DNA of 40,897 bases, taken from a bacterium (GTDB lineage: Bacteria > Zhuqueibacterota > Zhuqueibacteria > Zhuqueibacterales > Zhuqueibacteraceae). How positions within the stretch are numbered: position 1 is the first letter of the stretch; each line of letters begins with the position of its first letter. The position numbers were made by a program, and so were the translations under genes. The stretch covers positions 1-40,897 of the forward strand of contig JBIOXB010000207.1 of NCBI GenBank assembly GCA_044869275.1. The letters are read 5' to 3'. Positions 1 through 8,350 of this stretch are shown one piece after another. The notes beneath the pieces were generated by a model. The model was not told the origin of the DNA and made no database searches. It worked only from the letters and a program-made list of their open reading frames with translations.

Positions 1-1
1 C

Positions 2-76
2 GATCAACTTTATCGCAATATTCAGATTGGTCTTGAAGCGTTGTGTGTGGACTACGGCCTGAAACACGCCGCTTAA
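2..76 (+). CDS. 3' end of a gene entering from the left edge (DQLYRNIQIGLEALCVDYGLKHAA*), product unknown
   Basis: Open frame from position 2 to TAA at 74-76, followed by an AT-rich spacer; too short to identify. Confidence 0.35.
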   Translation, partial: DQLYRNIQIGLEALCVDYGLKHAA

Positions 77-148
77 AAATGACAAAGAACTTTCAGAATT
101 TTATTCTGTGTTTGAATAGTTAATCGCATAACGAACGGGAGTTGACTC

Positions 149-478
149 ATGGCCTACGACGAAAGACTCGCGAGTCGCATCCGCAAACTCTTCGCGAGCC
201 GAAAAGGTGTTACTGAGAAAAAGATGTTTGGCGGCATTGCGTTCATGCTGCAGGGCAATATGTGCTGTGGCGTGGTAAAAGAAACCCTCATGCTTCGCGT
301 CGGCCCGGAGCAATACCAGAGGGCTCTCGCTGAGCCTCATGCCCGCCCCATGGATTTCACCGGTCATTCGCTCAAGGGTTTCATTTATGTGGATCCGGAG
401 GGATATCAAAAGGATGGCGCTCTGCGCAAATGGGTGCAACGTGCGACCGATTTTGTCTTGTCTTTGCCGCCGAAATGA
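149..478 (+). CDS. TfoX/Sxy N-terminal domain family protein
   Basis: 109 aa with MAYDE.LA.RIR, EKKMFGG.AFML.GNM..GV, MDFTG..LKGFIYV and W...A..FV.SLPPK motifs; GGGAG upstream. Confidence 0.85.
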   Translation: MAYDERLASRIRKLFASRKGVTEKKMFGGIAFMLQGNMCCGVVKETLMLRVGPEQYQRALAEPHARPMDFTGHSLKGFIYVDPEGYQKDGALRKWVQRATDFVLSLPPK

Positions 479-581
479 AAGCGCGGTTGGAACAAAGCGA
501 GGGCACTCCGTATCCTGAAGATTAAGGAAGGAACAACACAGTTTTCAACCATCCAAATTATTTTTATGGAGGAGAAGTACT

Positions 582-1085
582 ATGAAACGGTCTGCAGTTT
601 TTCTGTTGTCGTTGGCGGCGCTCGCGTGGATTGCCACTCCGTCCTGGGCGCAAAGCAAGGCCGCACCTGGTTTTGAAAAGCTCAAGTCTCTCGCCGGTGT
701 TTGGGAAGGCAAGGGACCGGAGGCGGAATCATTCGAAGTGACCTACCAGCTCATTTCCGGTGGAACGAGCCTGATGGAAATGATCATGCCCGGTACGGAG
801 AAAAGCATGGTCACGGTTTATCATCTCGACGGCGAGCAATTGATGATGACGCATTATTGCATGGTCAACAACCAGCCGCGTATGCGCGCGCAGGTGCCGG
901 CGGGAGAAGTGAAAAAGCTCAGTTTTTCGTTCGTGGATGCGACGAATATGGCGAAGCCAACGGACATGCACATGCACAGTATGTCGTTCAGCTTCCAGGA
1001 CAAGGATCATTTCACACAGGAATGGAGCATGACCAAAGACGGCAAGACCACGCCCGTGGTTTTCCATCTCACGCGCAAACAGTAG
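582..1085 (+). CDS. Secreted conserved hypothetical protein, probably a beta-barrel fold
   Basis: GGAGGAG RBS, Sec signal ending SWA-Q, F..LK.LAG.W.G and MTHYC..NQPRM motifs. Confidence 0.75.
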   Translation: MKRSAVFLLSLAALAWIATPSWAQSKAAPGFEKLKSLAGVWEGKGPEAESFEVTYQLISGGTSLMEMIMPGTEKSMVTVYHLDGEQLMMTHYCMVNNQPRMRAQVPAGEVKKLSFSFVDATNMAKPTDMHMHSMSFSFQDKDHFTQEWSMTKDGKTTPVVFHLTRKQ

Positions 1086-1126
1086 CTTTGCGCGTGATGA
1101 GACTTAGGATTTTGTGTCGAAGAACG

Positions 1127-1161
1127 TTTACACGTTGCACGTTACACGTGCAACGTGTAAA
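1127..1161. repeat. TTACACn palindromic intergenic element, copy 1
   Basis: tttacacgttgcacg-ttaca-cgtgcaacgtgtaaa: perfect 15-bp inverted repeat; three more copies in the window. Confidence 0.9.
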
Positions 1162-1211
1162 GTTCAAAGTGATCGAGATTTTGGTTTTTAAGAAAACTCA
1201 AGGAGGAAGTC

Positions 1212-1676
1212 ATGAAGCTTCTCGACAAGCCGTTTGGAGAGTACCTCCGGTTTGCCAAGGCCGGCATCGGAATACTCTTTGTGGTCTCGGTGGTGCGATT
1301 TCTGCTCAAACCGCTGCTGGGGATTCCGTACGCGCAGGGTACACATTTCGCCAGCGTCACCATCTTTATGCTGATCCTCATGCCGTTGTATGCTGTGAGA
1401 GTCGCCCGCGAAGGCGGCAGCTTCCGCGATCTCCTTGGCGTGGCTTTGGCGCTGGCGTTGCCAACCACCTTGTTTGTCATATTTGGCATTGCGCTCGATG
1501 ACTTTGGTGGCGTGGATACATATTACACCGATCTGGCGCACGGCGGCGAGGTCAACGCCTGGGTGCATATGGGCGCGCATGTCATCGGCGGTGTCATAGG
1601 CACGTTGATACTATGGGGTCTGGGATCGCTGGCCTATCTCGCTGCCGGCGGCCGCCGTAAGAAGGCCATGGCTTGA
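1212..1676 (+). CDS. Hypothetical integral membrane protein (about 4 TM helices)
   Basis: AGGAGG RBS, 154 aa with four hydrophobic segments. Confidence 0.75.
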   Translation: MKLLDKPFGEYLRFAKAGIGILFVVSVVRFLLKPLLGIPYAQGTHFASVTIFMLILMPLYAVRVAREGGSFRDLLGVALALALPTTLFVIFGIALDDFGGVDTYYTDLAHGGEVNAWVHMGAHVIGGVIGTLILWGLGSLAYLAAGGRRKKAMA

Positions 1677-1774
1677 AATGTGATGCGTGAACGGATGGAG
1701 GGGTCAAGGGAGAGCTGATGGTTTCTCAACCGCTCCATCCGCTAAAGCTGCTGACTTTATTCTTGCAGAGAAGC

Positions 1775-2473
1775 ATGATGCCAGAAATCGCCTTCGCCGG
1801 ATTTCCCAGAGAATGTGTGAGGTTCTTCGCTCATTTGGCCAAAAACAACCACAAACCCTGGTTCGAAACGCATCGCGAAGAGTACGAAAATTTTGTGATG
1901 CTGCCGGCACAGCAGTTTGTGGTGACCATGGGCAAGCGTTTGCAAAAGCTATCGCCCAAGATCAACGCCGATCCGCGCGTGAACCGTTCGCTGTTTCGTC
2001 TCAATCGCGATGTGCGCTTCAGTAAGGACAAGCGCCCTTACAAAACCAACCTGGCGGCGATGTTTTGGGAAGGCAGCAAGCCCCGCATGGAATGCTCTTG
2101 CTATTATTTTCATCTCGAGCCGCCGAAATTGATGTTAGGCGTGGGCATTTACATGTTCACACCGGAGATGTTGGAGGTGTATCGCCATGCTTGCGTGCAT
2201 GCCAAACATGGGCCGGCTCTGGCCAAAGCAGTAAAACAATTGCTGCGCAACAAGGGCTTCACTCTCGGCGGAGGTTTTTACAAGAAAGTTCCACGCGGCT
2301 ATGATGCCGCTCATATGAATGCCGCGTTGTTACTGCACAACGGTTTGCATGCCGGCATTGAAACCAAAATTCCCAAAGAATTCTATTCTGCCAAGCTGCT
2401 AGATTATTGCTTTACGAGATACAAAGATATGGCGCCGCTGCACAAGTGGTTGGTGGAAGTGACGGGCAAATAA
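1775..2473 (+). CDS. DUF2461 (TIGR02453) family protein
   Basis: F..L..NN.K.WF..HR..YE and FR.NRDVRFSKDK.PYKTN motifs; start moved to ATG 1775 (or 1778). Confidence 0.9.
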   Translation: MMPEIAFAGFPRECVRFFAHLAKNNHKPWFETHREEYENFVMLPAQQFVVTMGKRLQKLSPKINADPRVNRSLFRLNRDVRFSKDKRPYKTNLAAMFWEGSKPRMECSCYYFHLEPPKLMLGVGIYMFTPEMLEVYRHACVHAKHGPALAKAVKQLLRNKGFTLGGGFYKKVPRGYDAAHMNAALLLHNGLHAGIETKIPKEFYSAKLLDYCFTRYKDMAPLHKWLVEVTGK

Positions 2474-2494
2474 GCGAGTGATAACTGTGGTCAG

Positions 2495-2532
2495 AAACTA
2501 AAAACCCCCTCACCAAAGGGGGTTTTCAGTTT
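2495..2532. terminator. Bidirectional intrinsic terminator between convergent genes
   Basis: aaact-aaaaaccccct-caccaa-agggggttttc-agttt hairpin with A/T tracts on both flanks. Confidence 0.8.
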
Positions 2533-2543
2533 GCGCAAAATGT

Positions 2544-5232
2544 TTACAACCGGTACGACAAACGGCCGTAATAATATCTGCCGTTGAAGCCAAACGGCGA
2601 GATGCCGTTGTAAATCAAAATGCCGCTGGTGCTGTTCGGAAAAATGTTCTGGTCGGGATAAACGTCGAACACGTTGGTCGCGCCGGCCGCGGCCGTCATG
2701 CGACCCCAAAAATTGTAAGAGACATCCAGATCCGTGATCCACTTCGCGCCGAAGGTTTGATCCTGCGCGGGATTGGGGTTGCGGGAAGTGACGGTGCCAA
2801 AACGAATGGTGCGCGCCATCATCCCGAAACTGCCCAGGCTGTAATTGGCCATCACGTTGATGTTATCTTTGGGCTGGCCTTCCTCGATGCGTCCGCGCTC
2901 GACGCGCCCGAACAAGGTTTCCTCAAAGCCTTGCAGCTGTGGCGGCGTCGGAGCCACGCGCGTCACTTCGGTGTCGTTTCTATTGTAAGCGCCGGTCAGC
3001 CGCAGCGTGCTTCTCCCGATCTGAAAGGCGTAGCGCGCAATCAAATCGAGGCCTTGCGTTTTCGTGTCAATGGCATTGGTGAAAAAGCGCCCGCCGCTTG
3101 CGCCGAACGGCCGCAGCAAGTCTGCGATGCGGGGACCCGTGAAGTTCTCCGAGAACACGATACGATCGTCAATTGTAATGCGATAGTAGTCGACCGTGAA
3201 CGACAGATTGTCGATGGGATCCATGGTAAAGCCAGCACTGAGATTCACCGATTTCTCCGCTTTCAGCGGTTCGGCGCCCAGGGCTTGGGCCTGCGGGCTT
3301 TCCACCGGGAAGGTTTTCACTTCGAACGGCACGCCGTTGATAAAATTGGTGGCCGTGGAAGAAAAGAAAGATTGTGCCAGCGAAGGCGCGCGAAAACCAG
3401 TGCTCACCGCGCCGCGCACCGCGTACTTTTGAATCGGCTCAAAACGCAGCGCCAGTTTGCCGATGGTGGTGGATCCAAAATCGCTGTAATCTTCAAAGCG
3501 GCCGGCGGCGCTCAGCGTCAAACTGGAAATCAGGTTGTTTTCGGCGTCGGCGTAGACCGCGACGTTGTTGCGCGACTCGCTGGTGGCATCCGAAGGCCGG
3601 AATCCCGGAAAAACTTGTGCGCCCACAGCCGCGAGCGCGCCGGCATTCGGCCCGTCTAGAACTCGGACGCCGCCGTCGATATAGGACGTTTCCTCCCCGG
3701 CTTCGATTTGATAATTTTCATAACGAAATTCGGCGCCGAGCGCAAGATTCAACGGCGCATTCGTGCCGATATTCAACGGCCTGGAAAAATCCAGCGCCGA
3801 GGTGCTTTGTTGGAACACCATTGTGCCGGCGTAAAATTCGATCGGACTCGCCATGCCGAGCGAGACGTTGTTGCTGTTTTTGACATCAAAGCGGAAAGAA
3901 TTGCGGCCATAAACCGAGGACAAGTCCCACACCCAGCCGGACAGTGTCCCTTTGAGGCCGGCCGCCAGCGAGCCATCGTAGACCTTGGAATGGATTTCGG
4001 GCAGGAAGCCATCAGGGTGAAATGCACGAATGGTGCGATCATCCAGGGCACGGCGGAAGAAACCCGTTGCTTCGCCTCTGCGGCTTGAGAATCCACCGAA
4101 AGAATACAGCGTCACCTTTGCGGACAGCGGGAGTGCGCCGTTCATGAAGACCAACCCGTCTTGCGTATCCGCATCGCCCTGGCGGTGATTGATTTGATTG
4201 GTCAAATTCGGATCGTTGTTGCGCGAATCACCGGTGAAGTATTGCTGCCGGGTATCCGGCCGCGAACGGTTGGTAAGGCCACGATTGCGAAATTCACCGC
4301 TGAAATGCAAAAAAACCGCTCTCACCCAATTGGAACCCATAATTGCCTTCCGCTTGCAGCACTTCGCCGTCGCTTTCGGAAGTTTGCCCGGCGGTGGTAG
4401 CGACACTGGCTTGTTGGTCGGATTTGAGAATTAAATTGATCACACCAGCAATGGCATCTGAGCCGTACTGCGCCGCCGCCCCATCGCGCAAGACTTCGAT
4501 GCGCTCAATCGCACTGACGGGAATGGCATTCAAATCAACGCTGGTGGAGCCGCGGCCAATGGTACCGTTGACGTGCACCAACGCCGCATTGTGCCGACGC
4601 TTGCCGTTGATCAGCACCAGCACTTGATCGGGTCCCAGGCCGCGCAGCGTCGCGGGACGAATGTGATCCGTGCCGTCGGAGATGGAAGGGCGAGGAAAGT
4701 TGAATGAAGGCACAGCCATTTGAATGAGCTGGCTGGTTTCCGTCAAGCCGGTTTGCCGGATTTCCGTGGCGGTCAAGACGTCGATCGGCACCGGCGATTC
4801 AACCACCGTGCGATCCGCGCGCCGCGTGCCCGTCACCACCACTTCGCCCAAACCGATCAGATTTTCTTGCAGGGCCAGGTTTTTGGTTACAGTTTCTCCC
4901 GCGCCCACCGTGACCTTTTCGCGCACGCGATTGTAGCCAATGAAGCTCACTTGCAACTCATACGTGCCCGGGTTGAGCTTGATGCGAAAACTCCCATCGG
5001 GGCGAGCCGTCGCTCCCAATTGAGTGCCCAATACGGCAACATTAGCGCCGGGTAAAGGAGATTTCGTCCGGGCATCCGTGATCGTTCCCGCAATCGTTCC
5101 CGAAGCTTGAGCCTGCAACTCCGGCGGCAACGCAAAAAGCAAAATTGCCGCAAGCAAGGCCAGCACGCGGGCCCTGCTGCTGGCAAGCTGCGAGCTCGAC
5201 GCCGCCTGCCAGCCTCTGTCTGCAGTGGTCAT
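2544..5232 (-). pseudogene. TonB-dependent outer-membrane receptor (N-terminal carboxypeptidase-regulatory-like domain, plug, barrel), split by a 1-nt frameshift at 4309-4315
   Basis: ORF 4294-5298 has the signal peptide and plug motifs (LRGLGPDQVLVLINGKRRH, IERIEVLRDGAAAQYGSDAIAGVIN). ORF 2544-4406 has the barrel ending YYGRLSYRL. Removing one T from the T7 run gives a single frame of about 895 aa. GGAGG RBS before ATG 5232. Could be an intact gene with a sequencing error. Confidence 0.85.
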
Positions 5233-5615
5233 GATGCTTCCTCCTTCCGGTTGGTGACAAAAACAAAAGGTTGATTTGAAGCTCAGCTTTTTCATCAAAT
5301 CTTACGCCGTCATCAGGCGGGAAATGGCTTATGAACTGGACATGGACGGGGCACCAATACCAAGCTTCTCGCCTTGCACGGAGCAGGTTAGAATAACAAT
5401 ACTTCAAACATATTCGGAAAGTCAAAAATTGCTGCGCAGGCACTCGTGCTTGGTCGAAAAGAGCATGAAGAGTATTCGGAAAGATCTCGGAATTAATTAG
5501 TGAAAACACTTGGAGATTGTCAAGGGGATTTTTGTGCGGCCAGCAAGAACTTCCGGCGTTCTTTTTGCAGATTCTGCCTGTGTTTTTGTTCAATGAAAGC
5601 CATTGTCTGTTTATA

Positions 5616-5738
5616 CAAGGCACCGGCTTGGGATTGGCGATGGTGAAAAAGATTGTCGAAGGTCATCGCGGCCACATTGAAGTCGAAAGCACCGAAGGGT
5701 TGGGGACGGTGTTCAGTATTTTTTTATTAGCACGTTGA
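5616..5738 (+). pseudogene. Orphan C-terminal fragment of a histidine kinase HATPase_c domain
   Basis: [37 protein letters not shown] is a G2 box plus terminal strands; no H, N or G1 box upstream. Confidence 0.75.
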
Positions 5739-6067
5739 TTATCTCGTCTTCCGAATTCTCTTCTCCTCCGTTTGCAGTACATTCCTTCAATGTCATCCCC
5801 CAGAACATGTCTGGATGTTGGCGCCTTTTATCCTTTCACCGCTATTTGCTCCATTTGATTTCCAAACGATAATCCCGAAATTTAATCCTTCCGCGACTTG
5901 AAATCTCCACCGCAAGTTATTATCTTCATTTCAGAAAATAACTATTTAGTATGCTGTTGCTTCAAAAAAGCTCCTTATATTTGTCCCTCCGGTAGATATC
6001 TTCGTTAACTAGGCTGCACCTCGCCTTGGGAAGATGCCTACGGCATGACAACCAAGGATTATGCGCC

Positions 6068-6095
6068 TTTCGTGTATTTCGCGTATTTCGTGGTT
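6068..6095. repeat. 9-nt-period intergenic repeat
   Basis: tttcgtgta tttcgcgta tttcgtggtt. Confidence 0.7.
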
Positions 6096-6125
6096 AATTC
6101 ATCACCGCAGCAAAGGAATCTTAAT

Positions 6126-6878
6126 ATGCTCGACCTCAGCGGCAAAGTCATACTCATTACCGGCGCCTCACGCGGGATTGGCCGGGCGGCGGCGATCTTG
6201 GCGGCGCGCGCGGGCGCAACCGTGGCGGTGAATTATGTCCATGCGCAGGCGGAAGCAGAAAAGGCTGTGGCGGAAATCACGGCGGCGGGCGGATTGGCGG
6301 CGGCATTCCAAGCCGATGTCAGCCGCTACGCCGAAGTGGAAAACATGGTGGCGGAGATTCTCAGGCATTTTGGGCAGATTGATGTTTTGGTCAACAACGC
6401 GGGGGTTTGGACCTACGGTGCAATTGACACCATGCCCGAGGAGATCTGGGACGAAACCATGGCCATCAATCTCAAGAGCGTTTATAATTGCTGCCGCGTG
6501 ATCGTGCCGCATATGAAAGCGCGGCGGGAGGGTGTGATCATCAATATCGCCAGCACTGCCGGGCAGCGCGGCGAAGCATTTCATTCTCATTATGCCGCCA
6601 GCAAAGGCGCGATCATCAGCTTTACCAAATCCCTCGCGCCGGAGCTGGCCCCGTACAACATTTTAGTAAATTGCGTGGCGCCGGGATGGGTAGCAACAGA
6701 CATGTCGGATGCAGCCATTGTGCGAGAAGGAGAGAGTATCACGGCGTTAATCCCGCTCCGCCGCCCGGGCAGGCCCGAAGAAATTGCCGGCCCGATTCTT
6801 TTCCTGGCTTCGGGATTGGCTGCGTATATCACTGGCGAGATTTTGAATGTGAATGGCGGGAATGTGCTGGTGGGATAG
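6126..6878 (+). CDS. SDR family oxidoreductase (FabG-like)
   Basis: TGASRGIG, NNAG, YAASK and NCVAPG motifs; AAGGA RBS before ATG 6126. Confidence 0.92.
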   Translation: MLDLSGKVILITGASRGIGRAAAILAARAGATVAVNYVHAQAEAEKAVAEITAAGGLAAAFQADVSRYAEVENMVAEILRHFGQIDVLVNNAGVWTYGAIDTMPEEIWDETMAINLKSVYNCCRVIVPHMKARREGVIINIASTAGQRGEAFHSHYAASKGAIISFTKSLAPELAPYNILVNCVAPGWVATDMSDAAIVREGESITALIPLRRPGRPEEIAGPILFLASGLAAYITGEILNVNGGNVLVG

Positions 6879-6879
6879 T

Positions 6880-6963
6880 TGCTGGATACTGGATGCTGGA
6901 TACTGGACACTGGTGTTCTGATAAGTGCTAGCAACAAGGAACCAGTATCAAGCATCCAGCATC
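6880..6963. repeat. 7-nt-period (YRCTGGA) repeat with inverted arm
   Basis: tgctgga tactgga tgctgga tactgga cactgg ... ccagtat caagcat ccagcat. Confidence 0.8.
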
Positions 6964-8034
6964 ATGCCTCGAGCATCCAATAAACTCACGGCAGCGGAAA
7001 GAGAATGGCGAGTGGAAACATTTCTGCCAACCGGAAAATTACCCTCTGACCTTCTGCAACGCTTGCTCGAGCGCTACGTGCATCCGTTGGCGAAGCTTCC
7101 ACTTGGCGCGGGCTTGGGGCGAGATGCCGCTGTAATCGAATTTGATGGCAAATTATTGATTGCCAAAACCGATCCTATCACCTTCCTGGCCGAGGACCTC
7201 GGCTACTACGCGGTACACGTGAACGTCAACGACGTCGCTTGCATGGGCGGCGAGCCCAAGTGGTTTTTGTCCACGATTCTACTGCCGGAAAGCAAGACCC
7301 GCGCCAGCGCGGTGGAAGACATCTTTCAACAAATCGGCGAAACTTGTGAAAGCATGGGTGTGGCATGGTGTGGGGGACATACCGAGATCACGGCCGGCAT
7401 AGCACAGCCCATTGTGGTTGGATGCCTGCTGGCTGAGGCGCCGCTCGCGCGACGGTTCTCTCCCAATCTTATCCAGCCCGAGGATCGTATCATCCTCACC
7501 AAGGGCTTGGCGGTCGAGGCCACCTCGATCTTGGGCCGCGTGCAAAAAGGGGCCTTGGCGCAGAGCTTCGAGACCGAATTCGCACAGAAGTGCCGGCAGT
7601 TCTTGTTTGAGCCCGGCATCAGTGTCTATCCGGAAGCCAGACTCGCGTGGGAGATTGCCGGCATTCATGCCTTGCATGATGTCACCGAAGGCGGTTTGGC
7701 TAATGCGATTCATGAAGTTTTGGAAGAAAAACAGTTGGGAGTGGAAATCGAGTGGCCGTTCGTTCCCATTTTTCCCGAAACCAAAGTGCTGTGCGAGTAT
7801 TTCGGGCTTGACCCGCTCGGAATTATTGCCTCTGGCGCGTTGTTGATCATCGGCGAGGAGAGGGCTTGCGTAGAAATTCTGCTTCGTTTGCGCGCCGCGG
7901 ACATCAACGCCGCGGAAATTGGCGTTATCCTGCCGCCTGGCGAAAAACGCTGGTTATTGGACCGAACGGATCGCATTCAACTGCCACGATTTCATAGCGA
8001 TGAGATCGTGCAAATTATTGCACTTTCCAAATAA
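6964..8034 (+). CDS. AIR synthase-related (PurM/HypE/ThiL superfamily) protein
   Basis: GKLP, G.G.DAAV, KTDPIT, VNVNDVACMG, GGHTEIT and LHDVTEGG motifs; true start may be GTG 7012. Confidence 0.85.
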   Translation: MPRASNKLTAAEREWRVETFLPTGKLPSDLLQRLLERYVHPLAKLPLGAGLGRDAAVIEFDGKLLIAKTDPITFLAEDLGYYAVHVNVNDVACMGGEPKWFLSTILLPESKTRASAVEDIFQQIGETCESMGVAWCGGHTEITAGIAQPIVVGCLLAEAPLARRFSPNLIQPEDRIILTKGLAVEATSILGRVQKGALAQSFETEFAQKCRQFLFEPGISVYPEARLAWEIAGIHALHDVTEGGLANAIHEVLEEKQLGVEIEWPFVPIFPETKVLCEYFGLDPLGIIASGALLIIGEERACVEILLRLRAADINAAEIGVILPPGEKRWLLDRTDRIQLPRFHSDEIVQIIALSK

Positions 8035-8350
8035 AAAATGCATAGCCGCTAACCGATTTTGCTACGTGCGCCTTATATCGAACTCGAATGTTAAGAGAGA
8101 CTTGCAAATTGAACAGACGGTGAGGAAATTGTTGGGAACTAATTTTGCAGTAACGATTTAAATTATTTATATCGCGATTGACCAGCCTGTCCAACAGGAA
8201 TATTCGAGAAATTTAACTTGATAATGTTGCTGTTCAGCCGTTCATTGAGAGGCCTCCCGGCGCTTTGGGAAGGGCAAAACCCTTCAAGCTTTTTAGGATT
8301 GATTGTTTTGATTTTTGCCTGAACGAATACATCTTTCCCGCGCTCGAGCC

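Noticed and set aside
5290..5330. Hammerhead ribozyme or fluoride riboswitch (CTGATGA on the minus strand)
   Set aside because: No stem II between CUGAUGA and GAAA, and no fluoride 5' GGCGAUGG/pseudoknot elements
5790..5815. REP copy (tgtcatcccccagaac...)
   Set aside because: Only the first few bases resemble the REP at 15290; no partner arm
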